From positions 46,368-110,367 of the IMG/VR virus record IMGVR_UViG_3300044614_002617: a stretch of DNA of 64,000 bases, one strand, 5' to 3'. The DNA comes from a virus. The position numbers were made by a program, and so were the translations under genes. Positions 18,277-27,311 of this stretch are shown in pieces. The notes under the pieces were generated by a model. It did no database searches and was not told the origin of the DNA. It saw only the letters and a program-made list of their open reading frames with translations. The first letter of the stretch is position 1, and each line of letters starts with the position of its first letter.

Positions 18277-20508
18277 GTGAGCTATGTAGGCAAAAAACCT
18301 AGCTTTAAGCAGGTTCGCACAAATGAAATCGTTGTCCCAAAGGGCACCGACATTACTACAGCTGGAGTGATTACTGCTCTAGACGTTAGTAACATCAGTT
18401 TTGTGAAGCTTACGGCTGCTACTGAGTTGCAAGGCATCGTAGCGCCTGAGTCTCCGGCAATTGATGGTAAGTTGGTAACTATCGTAAACGCTTCTTCATC
18501 GGATTTGGTTATTTCTGATCAATCCGGCGGAGCGTCTGTAAATAATCGCATAGTTACCGGCACAAGTCGAAATATGCGAATTACCGCCGGCGCTTCTTTT
18601 ACGGTCGCATATGATGTTGATTCGTCTCGATGGCGAGTTACCGCTACATCGGCAGATGTTAATATTGGTCGATTGGACGTTGGAACTGGCGCACTTGCTC
18701 TAAACTCAGAAGACGTCTCCCTTACTCCGGAAAATATCAATTCATCTTTGATTGAGGTTACGGCGGGAACCGCCGCTAAAATTCGTTCCGTTGACACACA
18801 GAATGTCGGAAATCTTATTGTTTTTACCAACAAAACTGGTCAAATTTTTCAAATTAAAAATGAAGATACTGACGTACTCGTTGCGGAAAAGCGTATTCGC
18901 ACTGGTACAGGCGGCCCAATCCTAATTCAAAATAACGCCTCTGTGATGTTGGGCTACTTGGCCGATAGATGGCACGTAGTTGGTGGTACCGGATCGGGTG
19001 GTGGCGCCACGGAACAGGTTACACAAACTGGAATTGGAAACTTGCTTACATATCCCGTTGGTACTCCACTTTATGTTGACACAACAACGGGTCTGTGGAC
19101 AAAAGCAAGTGCCGTTTCGGCAGACGCTGCAGAAGTTGCAGGCCTTCTTGGTCGTAGCCTAAACACTAATTTTGCTGAAGTTGCTTTGGCGGGAGAAGTA
19201 AGCGAAGTAACCGCAGATGCCTTTGCGGAGGCCGTATTGCCACCCAAGGGCTCCGCTGTGTTTTTGTCTACCACAGCGGGAAAACTTACAGTTTCCGATG
19301 TGACTACAGTTGGGTGTATTAGTAAACCAGTCGGCATTGTCCATAATGTAACAGGAACATCTTCGGTTGATATTATATTTTACAATCAACGAGGGGTTGT
19401 TGTTGGCGGCGTAAACGCAAGAACACAAATTCTTCTTGGTGGCTCCCCAAGTGCGCCGGTTGTTACGCCAATTCAAAATGTTTCACAATACGAAGCGGGT
19501 GAGATTGCCGGTTGGATTACAATTAATGCGAGCACTGATTATCAGTTTTATTTTCAAGCTCAGTTTACAAAAATTCCTAACACATCGAATTACAGTATTG
19601 CCGTTCCTCAAACAGTTGGGTCGACTCCTCCAGCGGGTTTTTCGATGGACGTTGTGTCAGGAGTCGTGCAAGTAACTTTGCCCGCGTTGGCTGGTTTTGT
19701 TACTGCATACGTCAATTTTGCTCTAAATGCACCGGCAGTTGGCGCAACACTGCCTTTAAGTATTAATTCAACGAGTGTGTATACAACATACAAAATGGTG
19801 TCTGGCGCATACAGTATTGGGAGCACGGACAGCTTAATTGCCGCAACCGGCGCAAGCACTTATGCTATTACCCTACCGACGGCTGTCGGTGCCTTGGGCG
19901 TTGCCTATACGATTAAGTCCGAAATGAACGCGGGAGTTGCGCTAACGGTTAACACAACAAGCGGACAGCTTATAGACACGGTTTCATCTAAAACACTAGC
20001 AACTGGCGAAGTTCTTAAGGTTGTAAGTGACGGAAATAAATGGATAGCTATTATTTCTCAACAAGACGTAACCGCAGCATTAACCGCATCTAGGGCGGTT
20101 CAAACGGATGTGGATAAAAAATTAGTCAGCGCTGGCTTTAGCTTGCCTGCTGTTGCCGGCTCTAATTTGCAATTTTTATCGTCCAATGGAGATGGAACTT
20201 CGTCTTGGAGAGACGTTATAAAGCTAACCGCAACCACAAGCGGAGCCGTTGATGCAAGCCTAAGCGATTCTTTTATTCACAACGGGAGCGGCTCTAGAAC
20301 AATTTCTGTCAGTAATTTAACGGATGGCCAGACAATTAACATAAACGTGCAGGGCGCAAATGGAAATGTTATTAGTTGGACTACTACAGGCTTAACGCAA
20401 AAAACAGGAATAACTTATAGTAATACGATGATCAGCGTGAATAGCATTTTCACACTGTCTCGCTTTGGGTCAAATGTTTTTATTAGCTCTTTGCATGGAT
20501 TTGGGTGA
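18277..20508 (+). CDS. Tail fibre / branching protein with C-terminal adaptor domain
   Basis: MSYVGKKP start; about 260-aa block paralogous to 4593; TLP...SDGNKW domain; C-terminus homologous to 12720 and 24345. Confidence 0.8.
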   Translation: MSYVGKKPSFKQVRTNEIVVPKGTDITTAGVITALDVSNISFVKLTAATELQGIVAPESPAIDGKLVTIVNASSSDLVISDQSGGASVNNRIVTGTSRNMRITAGASFTVAYDVDSSRWRVTATSADVNIGRLDVGTGALALNSEDVSLTPENINSSLIEVTAGTAAKIRSVDTQNVGNLIVFTNKTGQIFQIKNEDTDVLVAEKRIRTGTGGPILIQNNASVMLGYLADRWHVVGGTGSGGGATEQVTQTGIGNLLTYPVGTPLYVDTTTGLWTKASAVSADAAEVAGLLGRSLNTNFAEVALAGEVSEVTADAFAEAVLPPKGSAVFLSTTAGKLTVSDVTTVGCISKPVGIVHNVTGTSSVDIIFYNQRGVVVGGVNARTQILLGGSPSAPVVTPIQNVSQYEAGEIAGWITINASTDYQFYFQAQFTKIPNTSNYSIAVPQTVGSTPPAGFSMDVVSGVVQVTLPALAGFVTAYVNFALNAPAVGATLPLSINSTSVYTTYKMVSGAYSIGSTDSLIAATGASTYAITLPTAVGALGVAYTIKSEMNAGVALTVNTTSGQLIDTVSSKTLATGEVLKVVSDGNKWIAIISQQDVTAALTASRAVQTDVDKKLVSAGFSLPAVAGSNLQFLSSNGDGTSSWRDVIKLTATTSGAVDASLSDSFIHNGSGSRTISVSNLTDGQTININVQGANGNVISWTTTGLTQKTGITYSNTMISVNSIFTLSRFGSNVFISSLHGFG

Positions 20509-20511
20509 TAT

Positions 20512-21408
20512 ATGGCTTTTCCAATTGCTCATTTTCAAAATTTTATCGGTAGGGGTTATTTCGGTGGAGGTTTTTCCGGTAGTTTTTTAAACGAAATAGA
20601 TGGTATACAATTTAATACTGAAGCTGCCATCAACCCATCTGCAACTCTAGCGGTAGTTAGAATTAATTTGGCGGGCGTCAATTCAGCATCCAGGGGTTAT
20701 TTCGGTGGAGGTTTTTCTGGCGGCGCCACATATTCAAATGAAATAGATGGTATACAATTTAATACTGAAGCTGCCATCAACCCATCTGCAACTTTGGCGG
20801 TAGCTAGAACTTCATTGGCGGGCGTCAATTCAGCATCCAGGGGTTATTTCGGTGGAGGTTTTGATGTCAGTTCGGTAAACGAAATAGATGGAATAGATTT
20901 TAATACTGAAGCTGCCATCAACCCATCTGCAACTTTGGCGGCAGCTAGAGATGGTTTGGTAGGCGTCAATTCGGCATCTAGAGGTTATTTTGGTGGAGGT
21001 GCATATACAAACGAAATAGATGGCATACAATTTAATACTGAAGCTGCCATCAACCCATCTGCAACTCTAGCGGTAGCTAGATTTGGAATGGCAGGCGTCA
21101 ATTCGGCATCCAGGGGTTATTTCGGTGGAGGTTTTGATACTAACGGTCTGGTAAACGAAATAGATGGAATAGATTTTAATACTGAAGCTGCCATCAACCC
21201 ATCTGCAACTCTAGTAGAATCCAGAGGCGGCTCAGCGGGTGTTAATTCGATGTCTAGGGGTTATTTTGGTGGAGGGTATTCTGGTAACCCTACATATTCA
21301 AATGAAATAGACGGAATACAGTTTAGCACTGAAGTCGTCACAAATCCATCTGCAACTTTGGCAGTAGCTAGAAATAATCTAGCAGGCGTTCAGTGGGGTG
21401 CATTATGA
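20512..21408 (+). CDS. Six-repeat Kelch-like beta-propeller, putative adhesin
   Basis: Six copies of RGYFGGG-(variable)-NEIDGIxFxTE...NPSATL...R-xxx-xGV. Confidence 0.75.
   Translation: MAFPIAHFQNFIGRGYFGGGFSGSFLNEIDGIQFNTEAAINPSATLAVVRINLAGVNSASRGYFGGGFSGGATYSNEIDGIQFNTEAAINPSATLAVARTSLAGVNSASRGYFGGGFDVSSVNEIDGIDFNTEAAINPSATLAAARDGLVGVNSASRGYFGGGAYTNEIDGIQFNTEAAINPSATLAVARFGMAGVNSASRGYFGGGFDTNGLVNEIDGIDFNTEAAINPSATLVESRGGSAGVNSMSRGYFGGGYSGNPTYSNEIDGIQFSTEVVTNPSATLAVARNNLAGVQWGAL
20550..21390 (+). repeat. Intragenic tandem repeat, six units of about 130-150 bp
   Basis: TTTAATACTGAAGCTGCCATCAACCCATCTGCAACT occurs five times exactly, plus one diverged copy. Confidence 0.9.
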
Positions 21409-22028
21409 AATACTCTGAATTGGTAGAAAAAGAGCTTTTGGATAAATGCGAAGATATTCCGTTTGGCAATTCGCTATATCAGGACGAAAGTTTTGTCCTT
21501 AACACTTCTTATACGGATGCTCGAGCGGTTCGCAATATAGGCCTTGCATTATCTGCACGGGTTAGAGCGCTAAAAGAGTTGGAATACGGGCTAGAAACAC
21601 TTCAAGTAGAACTGGAAGAGTTGGATTATAAAATTGAAAATAGTCCAGATTCTTTTGAGCGTCGAAAGTTGGCTATAGAAAAAAGAAAAAAACAAGACGG
21701 CACTGCGTATACATTAAAGCTGCTAAAAGATACGCTATATGAAATTGAATATTTTCGTAAAATATTAGAAAAATTACCAAAATTATCAAGAGCAGAGTTT
21801 GAAGAGCAAGAAAAACAATATTTTATGGAATCTTTAACTAGACAAGCAGTTGGGTTGAGCGAACCTGACAAAAACCTCGCAGCTATGGGGCTGAAAGAAC
21901 GTCCAAAGGTAGACTTTATTTCTGCCACTTTATCTGAAAAATTAAATATATCAGTATCCGCCGTTTTAGGCGGCATAGTCTTGCCATCCCACGAAAATAT
22001 TCTTAAGCTAAGCGGAGGAGATGAATAA
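21405..22028 (+). CDS. Coiled-coil protein following adhesin
   Basis: Start corrected to ATG 21405 (ATGA overlap); resembles 14577. Confidence 0.7.
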   Translation: MKYSELVEKELLDKCEDIPFGNSLYQDESFVLNTSYTDARAVRNIGLALSARVRALKELEYGLETLQVELEELDYKIENSPDSFERRKLAIEKRKKQDGTAYTLKLLKDTLYEIEYFRKILEKLPKLSRAEFEEQEKQYFMESLTRQAVGLSEPDKNLAAMGLKERPKVDFISATLSEKLNISVSAVLGGIVLPSHENILKLSGGDE

Positions 22029-22687
22029 TGCCTATAGTTTCAATGTTAGTAAGCGTTAATGGGCCTGGAACTATCCCTCTTGGTGCTGTTATTTCGATTG
22101 GCAATCCTGGGGCATGGGCTTTGCCCGCTGCGGGAGAAATCAAAGATGGATATGCTCTGTGTAACGGTCAAGCCTTTCCTGCCGGCAGTAGCCCGTTATT
22201 TTCTGGAACAATGCCAAACCTTTCAGACAGTAGATTTTTGCAAGGTTCTAGTTCTGTGGGCGGAACAGGCGGTGCCAATAGCAAAACACTAGCGACCGCT
22301 GAGTTACCTGCACATACTCATACAATGGCACACACTCACGGTATAGATCATGACCACCCCAACGCTTCAACAGGCTCTAGCGGTGACCATGACCATAGAA
22401 TTTTGTCTCCATTTGGAGGTGCCGGGAATGAATACTTAAGTTGGAATACTGGACCCGATAACAACTACGCGGGACCTGAATTAAATGCAACTAATTCGCC
22501 TCCAGACAACTTTTCTTTAGTTAGAACGGAGTATTTAGGTAGTCATACACACAGTTTGGATTTACCAAATTTTACTGGAACATCTGGAGCCGCTTCTAAT
22601 TCAACGACGAGCCCCGTTGGCTCTGGAACTTCTTTTGATATTCGTCCACAATACTTTAATGTTGTTTATTTGATGAGGGTAATTTAA
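22028..22687 (+). CDS. Tail collar domain protein
   Basis: GYALCNGQ, MPNL..RF..G, ELPAHTH, HxH repeats, DIRPQYFNVVYLMRV. Confidence 0.85.
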   Translation: MPIVSMLVSVNGPGTIPLGAVISIGNPGAWALPAAGEIKDGYALCNGQAFPAGSSPLFSGTMPNLSDSRFLQGSSSVGGTGGANSKTLATAELPAHTHTMAHTHGIDHDHPNASTGSSGDHDHRILSPFGGAGNEYLSWNTGPDNNYAGPELNATNSPPDNFSLVRTEYLGSHTHSLDLPNFTGTSGAASNSTTSPVGSGTSFDIRPQYFNVVYLMRVI

Positions 22688-22688
22688 T

Positions 22689-22925
22689 ATGGAATATGTA
22701 ATTGTTTATAAATACAAGGCATCTTGGTTTTGGAAAAAACAAAAAGTAACCGGTCACTCCTATAATAAAGAAGTGGACAAGCTAGTTCTCTTTAAAAAAG
22801 ACGGTTCACTTGAAGAGGTTGCGGAGTGGTCTAAGCATCACGTTAAGTTGGGTGTGGACTTTGTTGCTGCGCAAAAAAAGCAAATGGAAAAAGAAACAGG
22901 AACAGATATAAAGTTAAATGTATAA
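22689..22925 (+). CDS. Hypothetical protein
   Basis: 78-aa ORF within the operon. Confidence 0.6.
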   Translation: MEYVIVYKYKASWFWKKQKVTGHSYNKEVDKLVLFKKDGSLEEVAEWSKHHVKLGVDFVAAQKKQMEKETGTDIKLNV

Positions 22926-22934
22926 GGATTTATT

Positions 22935-24320
22935 ATGGCTTTAAAAACAATATATCAAGGCCCAAATGGCGCCGTTGCTATAGATGAACAGCAGAATACG
23001 ACTGTATCTGCTGATTATAATGCTGTTTTTTCTGATTATATTATCACTGCCACAGGAGCAGGAAACTTTACGATTACCCTACCTCCAGCAAATCCGTCCA
23101 ACGGTAAAAATGTAGTCGTTAAGTGCTTGACTACAAACCCAATCACAGTGAGCGCTCAAAGCGGAGAGTTTATTGACACTGTACCCTCCAAGGCTCTTTT
23201 AAACGGCGAAGTTCTTGAGGTGCTAAGTGACGGTACCAAATGGATTAATACCGCAGGCGATGCAATCTCTGGTTCAAAAATTATTAACGGAACTGTTACC
23301 GGAGATAAATTAGCTGCCAACAGTGTTACTGCTGACAAATTAGCTACTAACAGTGTTACTGCGGATAAAATCGCTAACAATACAATAACAGGAGCAAAAT
23401 TAGCCGCAGACAGCGTTACGGCCGACAAAATTGCCACTGGAGCCGTTGGAACAACTGAAATTAGTACAAGTGCTGAGCCAACTGTTAGTACGATATATTC
23501 TAATAGTTGGTTTAGAAGCAATGGAAATTCTGGCTGGTACAATCAAACGTATGGCGGCGGAATTTTTATGGAATCTTCGGATGTTATAAAAACCTATGGA
23601 GGTAAAAATTTTTACTGTAGCGGACAAATTTCTGCAGGAAGCTTTTGGGGATCTTATTACGGAACAATGTACCCATCAACCATTAGGTTTTACCCAGACA
23701 ATCCGGGATCTGGAACAGGAGATACCGCAATTATGTCTTGGGGTCAAAAATCAAGTTTTACGGAAAATTGCAGACTAACCATTGAGGTTCAAAACGACCC
23801 AACCGATGATGTTTTAATTACAACAAATCAGGGATATATACAAGTCGGCGGAACAGATTACGACGCCGGAATAAATATAAAAGCATCGAGTCAGATAATT
23901 TTATGGTATCCCAATAGACGTTTTGTATTACAATCCGATGGAAATGCGGTAATATACAATCAATTTGGTACGGCAGTGTGGGCATCGGGAACAGCCGGTT
24001 CGGATCTTAAATTAAAAGAAAATATAAAAACATATACAGAGCTCAGTGTAGAAAAAATTAAAAAATTAAGAGTAATAGAGTTTAATTATATAGAAAATTA
24101 CGATAATTCTATGGAAACAAAAGTAGGTTTTATTGCTCAAGATGTAGAAAAAATTATACCTCAAGCGGTAAAAAGCATTGGTCAAAATCAAGAAAAAACT
24201 CTTTTGCTTCATAAAGAAGAAATAGTTCCGTATCTTGTAAAAGCCGTTCAGGAGCAGCAAACACAAATAGAAGCTTTGGAAGAACGAATTAAAAAATTAG
24301 AAGAATTGATAAAATATTAA
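22935..24320 (+). CDS. Tail fibre with C-terminal S74 intramolecular chaperone
   Basis: SVTADKLA repeats; WFRSNGNSGWYNQTYGGG (PilV-like); QSDGNAVIY; SDLKLKENI...GFIAQDV and a terminal coiled coil. Confidence 0.85.
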   Translation: MALKTIYQGPNGAVAIDEQQNTTVSADYNAVFSDYIITATGAGNFTITLPPANPSNGKNVVVKCLTTNPITVSAQSGEFIDTVPSKALLNGEVLEVLSDGTKWINTAGDAISGSKIINGTVTGDKLAANSVTADKLATNSVTADKIANNTITGAKLAADSVTADKIATGAVGTTEISTSAEPTVSTIYSNSWFRSNGNSGWYNQTYGGGIFMESSDVIKTYGGKNFYCSGQISAGSFWGSYYGTMYPSTIRFYPDNPGSGTGDTAIMSWGQKSSFTENCRLTIEVQNDPTDDVLITTNQGYIQVGGTDYDAGINIKASSQIILWYPNRRFVLQSDGNAVIYNQFGTAVWASGTAGSDLKLKENIKTYTELSVEKIKKLRVIEFNYIENYDNSMETKVGFIAQDVEKIIPQAVKSIGQNQEKTLLLHKEEIVPYLVKAVQEQQTQIEALEERIKKLEELIKY

Positions 24321-24344
24321 TTTTATTAAAAAAAGGAAGTAATC

Positions 24345-24764
24345 ATGGCAAATTCAGCAATTGCAACAGCTACCCTAACAGACCTAAGAACTCGCTATCA
24401 AGACGGGAGTTTGAAAATTGATTATGGTGTTTTTAGTCCAACTGTTGATGTAAGTAGTAATACTGTTGATGCTTCTTTGGGCGCGAACTTTAAAGCCTTG
24501 GGTTCGGGCAACAGAACCTTGTCTGTTCATAATATGAAAGATGGCCAATCTGTAACGATTTTAGTTCAAGGCGCAGTAAACGATGCTATTACGTTAAATG
24601 CGTACTCCGACGGAGGAGTAACAGCATTATCGGTAAAATTTGCTGCAGGTCAAAACGGAATTATGGCTTCTGCATGGTCGTTGTTTACTGTTATGAGAAT
24701 CGGTGGGACAAGCGGCGCAGGCGCTAATTTTGCCGTTGTTGGTGTAATGCACGGAATTTCATAA
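24345..24764 (+). CDS. Putative adhesin adaptor (paralog of 12720)
   Basis: Aligns along most of its length with 12720; ends MHGIS. Confidence 0.7.
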   Translation: MANSAIATATLTDLRTRYQDGSLKIDYGVFSPTVDVSSNTVDASLGANFKALGSGNRTLSVHNMKDGQSVTILVQGAVNDAITLNAYSDGGVTALSVKFAAGQNGIMASAWSLFTVMRIGGTSGAGANFAVVGVMHGIS

Positions 24765-24775
24765 GAGAGATAAAA

Positions 24776-26149
24776 ATGATATTCAATGCTCCAATTAAAG
24801 TAACCCCTCAAAGAACCGAAGAAGTTGAAGAAAAAATTACATCTTCTACAACAAAAACAATGACATCTGCATATGTACCTCAAAGCATTAAGGTTTGGGG
24901 TATTGGCGGAGGCGCAGGAGGAGGAGGAGGCGGGAGCGGAAGCAACGGTAGCTCCGGTGGGGCGGGATGGACAGGCGAAACCGGTGGAGGCGGTAGCGGG
25001 AGTGCTGGGTCAAATGCTCCCGATCAGTATTCCAATCCCGGAAATTCAGGAACCGGGGGTACAGCTTATGGAGGTTACGGTGGAGCTGGTGGAGCGGGTG
25101 GAAGCGGAGGCTCGGGCGGAAATGGTGGAGCGGGCGGAAACGGGGGCGGCCGAGGAGCTGGAAACTTAAATGGTTACCTTGCCGGAAACTCTTTTGACAG
25201 CTTAGCCGATTACATTGGAAATTTGACTTTGAGTATTACTATCGGTAGCGGGGGATCTGCCAATTCAAGTGGCGGCACTACTGTTGTTGCAATTAACGCT
25301 GTGCCTAAAATTACCTATTCCGGTGGCCTGCTGTCTGCAGGAAATGCTGGAAACGGAGGGGGTTTTGGCAGTGGAGGAGGTAGTGGCAGTGGAGGAGGAT
25401 CCAGAGGCTCTGGCCAGGTTTTGGGACCAAACGGTAAGGATGCTAGGGGGGCGCCGGGCGGCGGTCGCGGTGGCGGAGGTTCTGGAGGTGGCGGAGGTTC
25501 TGGAGGTGGCGGAGGTTCTGGCGGAGCAGGCCAATCTGGAATAATTATTTCAGGAATCGAATATGGCGGAGGGGGCTCTGGTGGGGCCGGAGGTTCCGGC
25601 GGAGCTGGCGGAGCCGGAGGTAACGGCGGAGCGGGCGGAAACGGTGGCATGGGATATGGAGGCGGCGGAGGAGGAAGCTTTGAGTCTGCCTTTAGAAACG
25701 GTGGCTCCGGAGGAGCTGGGTGGGCAGGCGGAGGAGGCGGATCTACTGGGGCGCCATCATCATTTTCAGGAAGCGGAGGTATATCCATTTATAGCGGAAG
25801 ATCCGGCGGTTCTGGGGGGCAAGGTGCATTAAGAACCACGGTAGGATATGTTTATTTTTATGGCGGTGGCGGCGGCGGAGGAGGAACGTGGCAAAACGGA
25901 GGAAGAGGTACAAATGCATCGGCAATAAGCCAAACGCATGGAACAGCCGGAGCCGGCGGCGCTGATGGCGGCGGAGGCGGTGGGCGGTTTGGATCCGGTG
26001 GTGGTCGCGGTGGCGCTGGGGGCGGAGTTGGTGGAGCTGGAGGAGACGGCGGAGCATCTGGCGCTGGGGGCGGAAGCGGACAAACCGGACAAGCTGGACA
26101 AGCTGGCAAAAATGGCATAATAATATTAAGATATAAAATATTCAAATAA
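24776..26149 (+). CDS. Glycine-rich adhesin-like protein 2
   Basis: Same termini as 13117 (EEKITSSxTKTMTSAYVPQSIKVWG; GQAGQAGKNGIII.RY). Confidence 0.75.
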   Translation: MIFNAPIKVTPQRTEEVEEKITSSTTKTMTSAYVPQSIKVWGIGGGAGGGGGGSGSNGSSGGAGWTGETGGGGSGSAGSNAPDQYSNPGNSGTGGTAYGGYGGAGGAGGSGGSGGNGGAGGNGGGRGAGNLNGYLAGNSFDSLADYIGNLTLSITIGSGGSANSSGGTTVVAINAVPKITYSGGLLSAGNAGNGGGFGSGGGSGSGGGSRGSGQVLGPNGKDARGAPGGGRGGGGSGGGGGSGGGGGSGGAGQSGIIISGIEYGGGGSGGAGGSGGAGGAGGNGGAGGNGGMGYGGGGGGSFESAFRNGGSGGAGWAGGGGGSTGAPSSFSGSGGISIYSGRSGGSGGQGALRTTVGYVYFYGGGGGGGGTWQNGGRGTNASAISQTHGTAGAGGADGGGGGGRFGSGGGRGGAGGGVGGAGGDGGASGAGGGSGQTGQAGQAGKNGIIILRYKIFK

Positions 26150-26162
26150 GGAGGCAACTATC

Positions 26163-26711
26163 ATGGCACTAAGAGATTATCTTTCTGCAAAGACCTATAC
26201 TGCAATTTCAAATTTAATCTACGAAAAAAACCTCAAACGCTGCACAGCGATGCTTGAGATCTGGACAGATGATTCAAAAACGCTTCTTCTCGCAAACAAA
26301 GGCGTAACAATTGACGGAACAATTAAAATTCCTCCTGTCGCAAGTCTAGAGATTCTAGCTCAATCTGAGCCAGAAGACAAAAACCCTGACATGTACTATA
26401 TTATTGCTCAAGACGCAAAAGGCTCATTTGCTGGTTATGAAGGACAGCTAACGCGGTTCAACCCACATACAAATAATTGGGATAAGTGGGTTTTGTGGGA
26501 AGGTCTTATGGTTTTTGTTGAAGATGAAAGTAAGTATTATCAAAGAGTCGACGGAAACTGGAAAGAAAATCTAGATTGCTCTTCCGATGCTCGCATTTGG
26601 GACAAATGGATGGCTCCCGAAATTGCTATGGCAAAGGGAACCAATCCTATGCAACAAATGTATAAATTTATGAAAACATTGCCACAATTTAAAAACTGCA
26701 AAGACGCTTAA
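26163..26711 (+). CDS. Fibre-associated protein with DUF2793-like segment
   Basis: YIIAQDAKGSFAGYEGQL...W....EGLMVFVEDE......GNW. Confidence 0.6.
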   Translation: MALRDYLSAKTYTAISNLIYEKNLKRCTAMLEIWTDDSKTLLLANKGVTIDGTIKIPPVASLEILAQSEPEDKNPDMYYIIAQDAKGSFAGYEGQLTRFNPHTNNWDKWVLWEGLMVFVEDESKYYQRVDGNWKENLDCSSDARIWDKWMAPEIAMAKGTNPMQQMYKFMKTLPQFKNCKDA

Positions 26712-26727
26712 AAATAATTATAGACAC

Positions 26728-26766
26728 AATCTCCATCATCTGATATATGGATGATGGAGATTTTTT
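26728..26766 (+). terminator. 13-bp hairpin: terminator that also covers the next RBS
   Basis: AATCTCCATCATC-N9-GATGATGGAGATT followed by TTTT. Confidence 0.75.
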
Positions 26767-27288
26767 ATGAATCAGTTTTACGTGAGAAAAAAATTTATGG
26801 TTTTTGTGGCTTATCTTTTAATGGGTACATTATTAACTGCCTATGGGGTTGACCGCTATAGGTTCAAAGGCCCTAAATACCAAGCTCCAGAAACCATCGA
26901 AGCCGTCGATTACTTTAAAGCAAAATGTATAGAATATAAAGTTCAAGATTATTGCGCGTATGGATTTCGCAATCTTGTAAGAATTGATGTAGTAAATGAA
27001 ATTTGGTTTCAATCTCACAATAAAGATATTGTTCATATCGGTTTGGCCGAATATTCTGTCTTTTCTCCCTTAACAAAAATTTCAATTGACAAAAGGCTAC
27101 TAGCCGATAAAGTAATTTTTGACACAACTGTTATTCATGAGTTGGGGCATGCTGTGTTAAATCTTGACCACAACGACGAAAAGCCGGCAATCATGAACTC
27201 TTCGGTTGGAGACAGTTATTTTTTACAGGCAAATTATGAAATATTAATAAATGAAATGTTTAAAGATTTTAGCGATTCAGTGAAATAA
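26767..27288 (+). CDS. Membrane-anchored zinc metallopeptidase (matrixin-like)
   Basis: N-terminal TM; HELGHAVLNLDH and AIM Met-turn. Confidence 0.75.
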   Translation: MNQFYVRKKFMVFVAYLLMGTLLTAYGVDRYRFKGPKYQAPETIEAVDYFKAKCIEYKVQDYCAYGFRNLVRIDVVNEIWFQSHNKDIVHIGLAEYSVFSPLTKISIDKRLLADKVIFDTTVIHELGHAVLNLDHNDEKPAIMNSSVGDSYFLQANYEILINEMFKDFSDSVK

Positions 27289-27311
27289 TTATTTGGTATG
27301 GGGGATTAAGA

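Noticed and set aside
10429-20514. Stop-codon read-through at in-frame junctions (TAA-TAT-ATG at 10429; TGA-TAT-ATG at 20506) or an alternative genetic code
   Set aside because: Paralogous junctions are out of frame, and long ORFs are intact under the standard code; translational coupling is the simpler explanation.
20550-21390. CRISPR-like look of a recurring 36-bp sequence
   Set aside because: The intervening segments are homologous to each other and in frame within one protein; no cas genes.
22935-24320. Shufflon or invertible cassette suggested by the PilV-like segment
   Set aside because: All fibre genes are on one strand; no inverted partial cassettes or site-specific recombinase.
13232-26157. 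Pro-rich and Arg-rich antisense or alternate-frame ORFs over the two Gly-rich genes
   Set aside because: Direct consequence of GGN codon runs.
4593-26711. Diversity-generating retroelement acting on fibre tips
   Set aside because: No reverse transcriptase in the window and no repeat pair with adenine-specific mismatches was seen; cannot be excluded elsewhere in the genome.
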